Assembly: GCA_965197895.1 (NCBI GenBank) | Contig: OZ240232.1 | Location: 714,318 to 778,317, forward strand | Length of the DNA stretch: 64,000 nucleotides | Reading direction: 5' to 3' | DNA from: Candidatus Versatilivoraceae bacterium | Lineage (GTDB): Bacteria > Acidobacteriota > Terriglobia > Versatilivoradales > Versatilivoraceae | In this document: piece after piece, positions 54,936 through 64,000 of the stretch | Layout of the letters: the number at the start of each line of letters is the position of its first letter | Position numbering within the stretch: position 1 is the first letter of the stretch | Translations under genes and position numbers: made by a program | Notes under the pieces: generated by a model | The model's database searches: none | Told to the model about the DNA's origin: nothing | Seen by the model: the letters and a program-made list of their open reading frames with translations, nothing else

Positions 54936-56213
54936 CTAAAAACGAAAATTCTTGAGCCTCTCCACCACGGAACGAGGCGCTTCCACTTCCAACAGGATCT
55001 GGTTGTCTCGATAGTCCCGATGAACCAGCCTACCCTTGGCATAGAGTTGAGAGAGCAGGGACCCTTGGTGAGAATCCACTCGAAATCTGGCCCGGACCAG
55101 CGGGTCGTCGGTGATGGAAGCGTCGATCTTATCCAAGAGCGCAGAGATTCCTTGTCGTTCCAGGGCCGATACGAACAGCATCTCGTTATCCGGGGAAGGC
55201 CTCGGCGGCCGATCGAGGAGGTCGGTCTTGTTGTAGACCTCGATGAGTGGCTTGCCCGAATCACCCAGCTCCTCCAAGACCTTCAGAACCGAGGCTCTCT
55301 GGTGCTCTGCTCGGGGGCTGGAGCTGTCGATCACATGCAAGAGCAACTGTGCTTCTCCAATTTCTTCCAGAGTGGCCCGGAATGCCGAAACCAAAGTGGC
55401 TGGAAGCTTGCTGATGAAACCGACCGTGTCCGACAGGATGATTTCCCGCTTGGAGGGCAGCCGGATGCGGCGCAGCAAGGGATCCAGGGTGGCGAAGAGC
55501 TGGTGGGAGGTCAGGGTTTCCGATCGTGTCAGCGCGTTGAAGAGGGTGGATTTGCCGGCGTTGGTGTAGCCGACCAGCGACACGGTCGGAACAGGGACCG
55601 ATTGGCGAAAGGAGCGATGCAACTGTCGGTGAGATCTCACCCGCTGGAGTTCTCTTTTAATCTTGTAAATCCTTTGATGAATCTTTCGTTGATCCGTCTC
55701 CAGCTTGGTCTCGCCGGGCCCGCGAGTGCCGATACCTCCTCCCAAGCGGGACAGTTCGACGCCTCGGCCGGCCAATCGCGGCAGCCAATAGTCGAGTTGA
55801 GCCAGCTCGACCTGGAGCTTCCCCTCCCGAGTGCGAGCGCGATGGGCGAAGATGTCCAGGATGAGTTGCGTTCGGTCGAGGACTTTGCAGTCGAGAACGC
55901 GCTCGATATTCCGTTGCTGGGCGGGGGAAAGATTTTCATCGAAGATGACCGTGTCGGCCTGGTGCCGCTGCACGAATTGTCTCAGCAAATCCACTTTGCC
56001 CTTGCCGATCAAATAAGCCGGGTCATATCGGGACCGTTGCTGCACCAGACGTCCGGCGACCGTGGCCCGGGCTGCGGCAGCCAGCGAAGCGAGTTCATCC
56101 AGGGACTCTTCCAAGCTCAAAAGAGTTCCGTTGGCAGGGGCCGGCTTGGCCGGCCGCTTCAACTCACATCCCACCAGGATGACCTTCTCCCTGTCAAACA
56201 CGGCTTGGACCAT
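54936..56213 (-). CDS. hflX: GTPase HflX
   Basis: G-domain GYTNAGKSTLFNALT, DTVGF, NKTD, plus the HflX N-terminal domain. Start placed at MVQAVFDREKVILVG (ATG 56213) so as not to overlap hfq. Confidence 0.8.
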   Translation of the reverse strand: MVQAVFDREKVILVGCELKRPAKPAPANGTLLSLEESLDELASLAAAARATVAGRLVQQRSRYDPAYLIGKGKVDLLRQFVQRHQADTVIFDENLSPAQQRNIERVLDCKVLDRTQLILDIFAHRARTREGKLQVELAQLDYWLPRLAGRGVELSRLGGGIGTRGPGETKLETDQRKIHQRIYKIKRELQRVRSHRQLHRSFRQSVPVPTVSLVGYTNAGKSTLFNALTRSETLTSHQLFATLDPLLRRIRLPSKREIILSDTVGFISKLPATLVSAFRATLEEIGEAQLLLHVIDSSSPRAEHQRASVLKVLEELGDSGKPLIEVYNKTDLLDRPPRPSPDNEMLFVSALERQGISALLDKIDASITDDPLVRARFRVDSHQGSLLSQLYAKGRLVHRDYRDNQILLEVEAPRSVVERLKNFRF

Positions 56214-56214
56214 T

Positions 56215-56508
56215 TCAATTCGAAGGTTCCGGCTTCGAAGGCGTCGCTTTCCCGGAAGCGGATTCGGAAGGGACTGGCGCACGCTGCGAACCCGTGGCCG
56301 GTGACTTGCCTGGCAAGACCGTCGAGATGGCGTGTTTGAAGATGAGCTGGTCCTGGTGGTTGGATTCCAGAATGACCGCGTACTTGTCGAAGCTCTTGAT
56401 CCTGCCAGTCAGCTTGACACCGCTCATCAGGAAAACGGTCACGACCAGCTTGTCTCTGCGAAGATTGTTGAGAAAAACATCTTGGATGTTGTGCGCTTGC
56501 TTTTCCAT
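56215..56508 (-). CDS. hfq: RNA chaperone Hfq (with extended C-terminal tail)
   Basis: Sm1/Sm2: [41 protein letters not shown]...[10 protein letters not shown]. Start at [10 protein letters not shown] (ATG 56508). Confidence 0.85.
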   Translation of the reverse strand: MEKQAHNIQDVFLNNLRRDKLVVTVFLMSGVKLTGRIKSFDKYAVILESNHQDQLIFKHAISTVLPGKSPATGSQRAPVPSESASGKATPSKPEPSN

Positions 56509-56638
56509 CAGTTCCTTACATCCTGAGGTCAACCCCGGGGTCAGGCACCCTATCGCCGGAAAACAGGAAGGCTCCAACCCCGATTCTGAACCCAGGCTCG
56601 GTCAATGGGGTTCCCACAATCAACCAACCTTGAGAACG

Positions 56639-57625
56639 CTAAGAATAAATCGGGAGCATGGGATCAGGCAACCTCCCCCCCGGGAGCGTCGTGCCACCAC
56701 GGAAAAAACCCATCACATGAGCCTCAATGGCTGCTTCGAGTGGTCCTTCATTCCCAAATCCATGAAACCAAATCACGTCCGCTTCCTTGCGAAACCAGGT
56801 CAACTGACGCTTGGCATATTGCCGCGTGGCCTGTTTGGTTGCGGCCACGGCCGCCTGCAGCGAAATCTTGCCTTGCAGGTAGTGGAGCACCTGAAGGTAA
56901 CCAAGGGATTGGAGAGGCTTGCAGGTCGGCGAGTAGCCCTTTTCCAAAATGGACTGAACTTCTTCCACGAGTCCATCGGAGAACATGCGGTCGACACGCT
57001 CCTCGATCCTCTCATAGAGTCGGGGCCGCGGCGGGTTGAGTCCGATCTTCAGCAGGTGGAACCCCTGCAATTTTTCGGTAGCCCTGTGAAAGTGACTCGA
57101 GAGCGGTTTGGCGGTGAGGAAAAAAACTTCCAGGGCCCGAATGATCTTGGGCCGGTCCCGGGGCGAGGTGCGCCGGGCCGAATCCCGGTCCACTCTCGCC
57201 AGCAATCGGTGGAGGTGTGCTTCCCCCTTGCGCTGAGCCTGCTGTTGGAATCGTCGTCGCAGAGCTTGACACCGGGACGGACCGTCGAACAGGCCGGTGA
57301 GCAAGGCTCGAAGATAGAGGCCCGTCCCACCGACCACCAGCGGCAGGTTTCCCCGCTCTTTGATGCCAGCCAGGACTTCTCGGCCTTGATTCATGTACTG
57401 GCCGGCTGTGAACTGCCGGTCCGGATTGAGAAAATCGATCAGGTGGTGGGTGATGCCGTCCTGTTCGTGCTTGAGAACCTTTGACGTTCCGATATCCAGG
57501 AGCCGATAAACTTGAACGGAGTCACAGCCGACGATCTCACCCCGGAATCGATGGGCAAGGCGGAGCGCCAGACTCGATTTTCCACTTGCGGTCGGTCCCA
57601 GGACGGCGATGAGGGGTGTTTTCAT
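56639..57625 (-). CDS. miaA: tRNA dimethylallyltransferase MiaA
   Basis: P-loop AVLGPTASGKSSLAL, DSVQVYRLLDIGTSK, LVVGGTGLY. Conserved miaA-hfq-hflX gene order. Confidence 0.85.
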   Translation of the reverse strand: MKTPLIAVLGPTASGKSSLALRLAHRFRGEIVGCDSVQVYRLLDIGTSKVLKHEQDGITHHLIDFLNPDRQFTAGQYMNQGREVLAGIKERGNLPLVVGGTGLYLRALLTGLFDGPSRCQALRRRFQQQAQRKGEAHLHRLLARVDRDSARRTSPRDRPKIIRALEVFFLTAKPLSSHFHRATEKLQGFHLLKIGLNPPRPRLYERIEERVDRMFSDGLVEEVQSILEKGYSPTCKPLQSLGYLQVLHYLQGKISLQAAVAATKQATRQYAKRQLTWFRKEADVIWFHGFGNEGPLEAAIEAHVMGFFRGGTTLPGGRLPDPMLPIYS

Positions 57626-58306
57626 CAAGACCAAAGCCAGAAACGTAAGGTCAGATACGCGAACAGCAGCGTGGCCAGGATGCAGAGTCCTAATTGTTGA
57701 GCGCGCGAAGGCCTCATCGCCCCGACCTTTATCCCGCTTTTGGACAATGTACTCAATCCGGGTTCCAAAGTAAACAGCAGGATTCAGGTTGGATGAAAGC
57801 CCTCGCCGCAAGGAGCCGGTCGCCTCACCGGGACTGATCCCAATCTCTCACAGGATCTTTGAGATCGATGGAATGTGTTTCGATCCTTTGACACCGGTGA
57901 TCCTCCCGGATCCAGGGAACCGGTGCTACCGTCTGCGGTGAGACATTGGGGTTGAGGCCGGCTCCGGCAGAAGCGGGGATTAGGCGGATTGGCACCTTTT
58001 CCACTTGGAGCCGGTCGTTCGTGCTACCCTTGGGTCTGAGGGCCTGAAGGAAAAGGCCGAAGAGGCGAAAAGGTTTCCAGCTTCGTACTCTCCTGGGACA
58101 CCACGATCAATAGAGACAGTGCGGATGCCGCCTCAACCCGGGCCGGCGGCATGCTCCACCCCAAAGGCTCCTGGTGATGGCTGGTGTGCGGTCCGAGCTG
58201 CCTGGAACGAGAGCAGCCCTCAATCCGGCTAACCCAATGGCCTGCCGGGCCGTTTAGGGGTCTCAAGAGTTGAAGCCTTACGGATTGTCTGCCGACCGTA
58301 CCGACC

Positions 58307-59530
58307 ATGAACAAACGGACTAAAGTCTACGGATTCCTGCTCTTGTTGGCGGTGCTGGCGGGCGCGGCTTATGTTTTCAGGCAGAAGCCCAGCGCCAAGA
58401 CCACTTCCGCCGGGAGCCCCGCGGCCGACTCCGGCGGTCAAGTGAGCCGTTCGTCCGCAACCCCGGTTGAGTTGGCCTCTGCCAGACAGGATCGGATTGC
58501 CACCCATTTATCCTCTACCTCCAATTTGAGGGCGCTAAGGGAAATCGAGGTGATGGCTCAAACCGATGGGATCGTCAAGAGTCTCCTGGTGGAAGAAGGC
58601 GACTTTGTCAGGCGGGAACAACTCCTGGGGAGCTTGGACGATCGGAAGCTGCAGATTCAGCTACAGCTCTCTCGGCAAAAGCTGGCCCAGGCGAAGTTGC
58701 AGTTGGAGAAAGCCCGCATTCGCCGGGAGAAGGCCAAGGTTCAGATTGCCAACACCGAGAATGAGAGGCAACGATTGAAGGAGGCCTACGAGGAGCAACT
58801 GATCAGCGAGCGGGAATATGCCCAGGTCCAATATCAACTGGATGAGTTGGGCCACGACGAGCGGGTTTCGGCGTCTGAAACCAGAGAGCTTTCCCACCGC
58901 GTGCAGGAACTGGAAACGGAGATTCGCAGATCTCAACTGGAAATTTCCCATACCCGGATCCAGGCTCCCTTCAGCGGCCGCATTACGGAACGCACCATGG
59001 AGCTGGGAAAGAGCGTGCAGAACTCCGAAAAGCTCTTCAAGCTGGGAGCCTTCTCTCCTCTGTATGCCGATGTCTTCCTGTCGGAACGGGAGGCGCGGCG
59101 GGTGCACCCCGGCCAGAAGGCCTCCATTCGCCTGGGTGCGGATGAATCCACTCAATGCGTCGGAAGGGTCCTGCGGCTCAGTCCGGTGGTCGACAAGTCC
59201 AGCGGCACGGTCAAAATAACGGTGGAATTAACCCCTGAGGCCGAGGGATTCATGCCGGGGGGATTTGTCAGGGTGGCCATTCAGACCGATATTCGCCCCA
59301 ATGCGATTGTGGTGCCCAGACGAGCCGTGATCGAGAGGGATGGAGAAGCGTTCGTTTTTCTGGCCAAGGATGGGGTGGCCAAGCGCGTTGCAGTGAGCCT
59401 GGGCTATGAAGAGGATGGCAATATCGAGATCTTGCAGGGGATCTCTCGCGGGGATCAGGTGGTGGTTGCCGGACAGGGTGGATTGGCGGACGGATCCGAG
59501 ATTAAAAAGGTCCAGGGTGAGACTTCCTAG
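58307..59530 (+). CDS. RND efflux periplasmic adaptor subunit (HlyD/MFP family)
   Basis: N-terminal TM anchor, long coiled-coil segment, beta-barrel/lipoyl motifs; directly upstream of the RND permease. Confidence 0.8.
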   Translation: MNKRTKVYGFLLLLAVLAGAAYVFRQKPSAKTTSAGSPAADSGGQVSRSSATPVELASARQDRIATHLSSTSNLRALREIEVMAQTDGIVKSLLVEEGDFVRREQLLGSLDDRKLQIQLQLSRQKLAQAKLQLEKARIRREKAKVQIANTENERQRLKEAYEEQLISEREYAQVQYQLDELGHDERVSASETRELSHRVQELETEIRRSQLEISHTRIQAPFSGRITERTMELGKSVQNSEKLFKLGAFSPLYADVFLSEREARRVHPGQKASIRLGADESTQCVGRVLRLSPVVDKSSGTVKITVELTPEAEGFMPGGFVRVAIQTDIRPNAIVVPRRAVIERDGEAFVFLAKDGVAKRVAVSLGYEEDGNIEILQGISRGDQVVVAGQGGLADGSEIKKVQGETS

Positions 59531-59786
59531 CCTCCTCCCGGGGAGGCATCTGAAAAGCGCTCGACCGCCGGCGATGGAACCCCGACCGAGCTCCGTCCTA
59601 TTGAGATGCTTGAGGGTGCCGGCCTGCACCACCATCAGCCCCCCTTTGCCGGGCTGGATTCAATGCCAGGGTCCCCGTCAACGGTTGGGATCGGCTAATG
59701 ACCCTTCATGAGGCCTTGCCCGGGATGACCTCCGTTGGCGCCCCTTCCCGGTCCCCGTTTCCAACGCCCCTTCCTATCTGTAAGCG

Positions 59787-62700
59787 ATGATCAGAACCGC
59801 CATTCGACGTCCGGTGACTGTCTCCATGTTTGTGGTTGCGGTGGCTCTCTTCGGCCTCGTCTCCGTGGAGCGGATGGCCTTCAACCTGCTGCCGGATATT
59901 GCCTACCCCGCCCTCACCATTCTGACCGACTACGAGGACGCGGCTCCGGAAGAAATCGAAAACTTGATCACCCGTCCCATCGAGGAGGTGGTGGGCGTGG
60001 TGGGTGGGTTGACCCGGGTGGAGTCCATCTCGAGGTCAGGTCAGTCGGAGGTCGTTTTGGAGTTCAACTGGCAGACCAATATGGACGTGGCAACCCTGGA
60101 AGTCAGAGAAAAGCTGGATTTCCTGCAGCTACCACGCGATGCCGAGCGGCCCGTGCTATTGCGCTTCGATCCCTCTTACGATCCCATCATGCGGCTGCAG
60201 TTCTCGGGAGACTTGAGTCTCAGCAGGCTGCGCTACATTGCCGACGAGGACCTCAAGAAGAGCTTGGAGTCCACCGAGGGAGTCGCGGCCATTAAGGTCG
60301 TGGGGGGGCTGGAAGAGCAGATTCGCATTGAGATCGACGAGAAGCGCCTGGCGGAGCTGAGGATCCCCATAACCGAAGTGACGCAAGTGCTCATGCGGGA
60401 GAATCTGAATCAAGCTTCCGGGAGCCTGTATGACCTGGATGCCAACTATCTGGTCCGCATGTTGAATCAGTTCCGTTCCGTAGAAGAGATCGAAGGCATC
60501 ATCCTCCGTGATTCAGAGGGGAGACAGGTTGTTCTGGGTGAGGTCGCGGATGTCCGGCGGGGAACCAAGGACCGGGAGGTGATTGCCCGCATCGACGGCC
60601 GGGAAAGCGTGGAATTGGCGGTCTACAAAGAGGGTGACGCCAATACGGTCACGGTTGCCCGGGCCGTAGAGGGGAAGCTGGAGAAGCTGCGACAGGATGG
60701 AACCTTGACGGATAACGTCCGGATCCGGAACGTCTTCAATCAAGCCCAGTTCATCCAACAAGCCGTTGACAACGTATTGTGGTCAGCGGTCTGGGGAGCG
60801 GTGCTGGCCACCGTCGTCTTGTACCTGTTTTTGCGTCACCTGCGGAGCACGCTCATGGTGGCCATTTCCATCCCCATTTCGATCATGGTGACCTTCGCCC
60901 TGATGTACCAGATGGATATCTCTCTGAACATCATGTCGCTGGGCGGCATTGCCCTGGGCGTGGGCATGTTGGTGGACAACTCCATTGTGGTGCTGGAAGC
61001 GGTGCGCCGCCAGGATCAATCGGACCGGCCGCTGTCCGAGGCCGTGTATCAGGGAACTCGCGAGGTGGGAACGGCCGTCACCGCTTCCACCTTGACCACC
61101 TTGGCCGTGTTCTTGCCCTTGGTATTTGTGGAAGGTATTGCGGGACAATTGTTCAAGGACCAGGCCTTGACCATCATCTTCTCCCTGTCGGCTTCCCTCC
61201 TGGTGGCGCTGACCTTCATTCCCATGGTCCTGGCTCTGCAAATCAAGCCACCTTCCCTTTCCCCGTTGGGCAGTGCCCCGCAGGCTTCTCCGGATGCCCA
61301 CCGCCCCCGGCCCAAGGGGGCGGCGGGACGGTTCCTTCCCCTTGTCTGGAACATGCTGCGTCGGATGGTCCTGTTTCTTTTTTGGGACCTTCCCGTCGTG
61401 ATTCTGGCGGACGTTCGTGTCGGTCTGCAATGGCTTGGCCAAGGGATGCTGCGAGTCATGGGTCCGGTCCTGAAGATCTTTGAGTCGGGCCTCGCGGCCC
61501 TCAGAGGACGTTATCCGGGATGGCTCGAGTTGGCGCTGGATCATAAAGGGAGGGTCTTTGCGGCAACGGGTCTGCTGGTGGTCGTCAGCATCGGTCTTTT
61601 TTTTCAACTGGGAACCGAATTGATCCCGCCCCTGACTCAGGGAGAATTTGCCTTTGAGGTGCGCTTGGCGGAGGGAACGCCGCTTGCGGTTACGGACCAA
61701 CTCTTGGGGGCTGTCGAGAACCAGGTGGCTGAATTTGGCGAGGTTGAAACAGTCTTCTCCAGCGCAGGCGGCAGCAACGAGAATCAGTTTGCCCGGCAGC
61801 TTCAGGAGGAGCATGTGGGTCAACTGCATGTGGTGATGAAAAATCGGGAGGATAAAGGTGCCGAGGTTGAGGTCATTGAGCGCGTCCGCAGGAGGCTGAG
61901 CCAATACCCCGAGCTGACCTTCACCTTCCGTCGACCGACGTTGTTCAGTTTCAAGACTCCGATCGAAGTGGAGATTTACGCCTACGATTTGAATCAACTT
62001 CGGACAGCCGCCCGGCAAGTGGCCGCTCGCATGGAACGCGTCCCTGGGCTCAAGGACGTCAAAACCACCACCAGGCTGGGGAATCCTGAGATCCACGTGC
62101 GTTTCGATCGAGAACGGCTGGCTCGCCTGAACTTGGACGAAAGTTCGATTGCCAACATCTTGAAAAACAAAATTCGCGGCGACGTGGCTTCGCGCTACCG
62201 CGAAGAGGACAAGCAGATCGACATCCTGGTTCGCGCGGCCGAATCGGATCGTGACGCCATCCAGGACCTGAAGGATCTGGTCATCAACATGGGAAGCCGG
62301 GCTTTCTCGGCGACCGCTGGTGGCTCAGGTTCGGGGTTTGCTTCCGGTAACGGATCGTCCCAGGAGTCCGAAGCTCGCTCGGACGCAGGGTCGGGTCAAA
62401 GCACCGATTCGGAGTCCGGAGCCGGGGGCACCGTGCCGATTCGCTTGAACTCGGTAGCAGACATCAGCATACGGAGAGGGCCCGGCGAAGTGCGGCGCAT
62501 CGGTTCGCAGCGAGCGGCGCTGGTGTCGGCCAACCTGAGCGGTATGGATCTGGGCCGGGCATCACGGGCGATCCAAGCCGAGCTTCAAGATCTTCGCGAG
62601 CGGCTTCCGACTACGGTCAGCTTGTCCTTGGCAGGGCAAAACCAGGAGCTTTCAACCTCCTATCGAAGTCTGCTCATGGCTCTGGCTTTGGCTGTGTTTC

Positions 62701-63203
62701 TGGTCTACCTGGTCATGGCCTCTCAGTTTGAATCCTTCATTCATCCTTTCGTTATCATGTTCACGGTTCCGCTTGGATTGGTCGGTGTGATCCTGGCGTT
62801 GGCTCTGACGGGAACCACGCTGAGCGTGGTGGTGTTGCTGGGCTTGATCATCCTGTCGGGTATCGTGGTCAACAACGCCATCCTTCTGGTGGACTACACC
62901 AACCGGCTCCGCCGGGCCGGCCGGGGCAAGCGCGCGGCTCTGGTACAAGCCGGGAAGGTCAGACTGCGACCTATCTTGATGACCACCCTCACCACCGTCT
63001 TGGGGTTGATCCCCATGGCGCTCGGTTGGGGAGAAGGTGCCGAAATTCGTGCTCCCATGGCCATCGCCGTCATGGGTGGCCTGCTGTTTTCCGCCCTGTT
63101 GACATTGTTTTTCATTCCGGTGGTCTACGAACTGGTGGATCGAAAGGTCATGCAGGCCGATGGTGCGCCGACCGTCGGTCCTGGACCGTTGGTGAGTCCC
63201 TGA
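59787..63203 (+). CDS. RND efflux permease (AcrB/HAE-type), with a low-complexity Gly/Ser/Asp-rich insertion
   Basis: 1138 aa, 12 TM, AcrB-like N-terminus MIRTAIRRPVTVSMFVVAVALFG. Insertion SATAGGSGSGFASGNGSSQESEARSDAGSGQSTDSESGAGG at ~62300-62440. Confidence 0.85.
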   Translation: MIRTAIRRPVTVSMFVVAVALFGLVSVERMAFNLLPDIAYPALTILTDYEDAAPEEIENLITRPIEEVVGVVGGLTRVESISRSGQSEVVLEFNWQTNMDVATLEVREKLDFLQLPRDAERPVLLRFDPSYDPIMRLQFSGDLSLSRLRYIADEDLKKSLESTEGVAAIKVVGGLEEQIRIEIDEKRLAELRIPITEVTQVLMRENLNQASGSLYDLDANYLVRMLNQFRSVEEIEGIILRDSEGRQVVLGEVADVRRGTKDREVIARIDGRESVELAVYKEGDANTVTVARAVEGKLEKLRQDGTLTDNVRIRNVFNQAQFIQQAVDNVLWSAVWGAVLATVVLYLFLRHLRSTLMVAISIPISIMVTFALMYQMDISLNIMSLGGIALGVGMLVDNSIVVLEAVRRQDQSDRPLSEAVYQGTREVGTAVTASTLTTLAVFLPLVFVEGIAGQLFKDQALTIIFSLSASLLVALTFIPMVLALQIKPPSLSPLGSAPQASPDAHRPRPKGAAGRFLPLVWNMLRRMVLFLFWDLPVVILADVRVGLQWLGQGMLRVMGPVLKIFESGLAALRGRYPGWLELALDHKGRVFAATGLLVVVSIGLFFQLGTELIPPLTQGEFAFEVRLAEGTPLAVTDQLLGAVENQVAEFGEVETVFSSAGGSNENQFARQLQEEHVGQLHVVMKNREDKGAEVEVIERVRRRLSQYPELTFTFRRPTLFSFKTPIEVEIYAYDLNQLRTAARQVAARMERVPGLKDVKTTTRLGNPEIHVRFDRERLARLNLDESSIANILKNKIRGDVASRYREEDKQIDILVRAAESDRDAIQDLKDLVINMGSRAFSATAGGSGSGFASGNGSSQESEARSDAGSGQSTDSESGAGGTVPIRLNSVADISIRRGPGEVRRIGSQRAALVSANLSGMDLGRASRAIQAELQDLRERLPTTVSLSLAGQNQELSTSYRSLLMALALAVFLVYLVMASQFESFIHPFVIMFTVPLGLVGVILALALTGTTLSVVVLLGLIILSGIVVNNAILLVDYTNRLRRAGRGKRAALVQAGKVRLRPILMTTLTTVLGLIPMALGWGEGAEIRAPMAIAVMGGLLFSALLTLFFIPVVYELVDRKVMQADGAPTVGPGPLVSP

Positions 63204-63262
63204 GTCGCGGGACGTTTGGAGCCAAGGACAATTGGCCGCAGAAGCCGGTTGAGGGAAGGAGT

Positions 63263-64000
63263 CATGGCCGTGAAAGAACGAGACGGGGCCGGCAGCCGCT
63301 CTGACAATCTTTCAAGGTCCGGACTGAGACTGGCGGACTTTTCCATCCGTTACCCGGTGACCCTCCTCATGCTCTGCCTGTGCCTCCTGGTCTTGGGAGC
63401 CATCTCCTTGACCAGGATTCCGCTGGTCCTGACACCGGACATCGACTTTCCCGGAGTTTTCGTGATCGTCCCCTACTCGAATGCCACTCCGGCTCAGGTT
63501 CAGGAGTCCATTACGCGTCCCCTGGAAGAGGCGCTGGCAACCATTCCCAAGGTTCAAAGGATGGTTTCCAGTTCTTCTGCCAATCAAGCCCAGATCCAAC
63601 TGTTTTCGGGCTGGAGCACCAACGTGGACTGGCTGCGCTCGGAGGTCCGGGACAAGGTGGAACAGGTGCGGCCGGAGCTGCCGGACGACGTGGAACGGAT
63701 TATGGTGAATAACTTCAGTACCAGCGACCTCCCCATACTCAGAGGCCGGATCTCCTCGGGTCGAGACCTCCGTGGATCTTATGATTTTCTGGATGCCAAG
63801 GTCCGAATGCCGCTGGAGCGCATCCCGGGCGTCGCCGAGGCGCAAATCAGCGGGCTCGGCCGTCGGGAAGTGAATATCTATCTTCGGCTCGACGACATCA
63901 AGCGGTTTCGGGTCGACGTGGCTCAATTGTTCCAACGCATGGACGATGCCAATCTCAACCTCTCCCTGGGTCGAATCCAGGACGGTGGCACTCGCTACGA
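63263..64000 (+). CDS. second RND efflux permease, N-terminal part (runs off window end)
   Basis: Frame from ATG 63263: MAVKERDG...FSIRYPVTLLMLCLCLLVLGAISLTRIPLVLTPDIDFPGVFVIVPYSNATPAQVQESITRPLEEAL, an AcrB-family N-terminus. Not in the ORF track because no stop falls inside the window. Confidence 0.7.

Noticed and set aside
56213-56282. Longer HflX start at 56282
   Set aside because: Would overlap hfq by ~68 nt; the internal ATG at 56213 gives the canonical HflX N-terminus (VQAVFDREKVILVG) and abuts the hfq stop.

Overview
High-G+C bacterial chromosomal segment. The gene content (cytochrome b fused to a di-haem c next to a Rieske protein, a PQQ sugar dehydrogenase with c-type cytochrome domains, many TAT/Sec-exported glycan-active enzymes) is compatible with a PVC-superphylum or Acidobacteria-like organism, but that placement is not provable from sequence alone.

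Layout by position:
- 1-18.2 kb: a secreted glycan / sialic-acid degradation locus. It holds a GH33 sialidase, a PQQ sugar dehydrogenase-cytochrome c fusion, a nitrilase-superfamily hydrolase, large secreted GH-like proteins, an HpcH-type aldolase, a bicupin-SMP30 lactonase fusion and two tandem TAT-exported paralogs of unknown function. A Phd/VapC toxin-antitoxin pair with operator repeats sits inside it.
- 18.7-20.9 kb: a GT9 heptosyltransferase, then a near-identical tandem duplication of a four-helix-bundle (TIGR02436-type) gene embedded in heptanucleotide microsatellite arrays.
- 20.9-23.1 kb: the Rieske + cytochrome b/di-haem c respiratory complex genes.
- 23.3-27.9 kb: nested insertion sequences. 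An IS1634-family element with 12-bp inverted repeats sits inside the transposase gene of an IS4-family (DUF4338 + Tn5-like) element.
- 27.9-30.1 kb: an MltD-like lytic transglycosylase carrying an in-frame TAG ahead of an intact fourth LysM domain.
- 33.6-34.9 kb: an A+T-rich islet with a remnant REP-associated tyrosine transposase (RAYT), a frameshifted TIR-like (DUF1863) gene remnant and a translationally coupled small multi-TM protein.
- 36.8-41.3 kb: a cluster of three different PLP aminotransferases, an SDR reductase and a divergent MFS transporter.
- 41.3-44.3 kb: a putative N-domain + CBS-pair + HEPN (Rx4H) gene split by an IS5/IS1182-like insertion. The whole unit is bracketed by about 10-bp-phased CACGAAGG direct-repeat arrays.
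- 44.5-57.6 kb: a second nitrilase paralog, an aldo-keto reductase, a Gfo/Idh/MocA-SMP30 fusion, an operon of BNR protein-NudC-opine dehydrogenase-unknown membrane protein, an FtsX permease and the conserved miaA-hfq-hflX operon.
- 58.3-64.0 kb: an RND efflux system (adaptor plus two permeases).

I think the most novel candidates are the repeat-bracketed, IS-disrupted CBS-HEPN gene and the heptamer-array / four-helix-bundle duplication locus.
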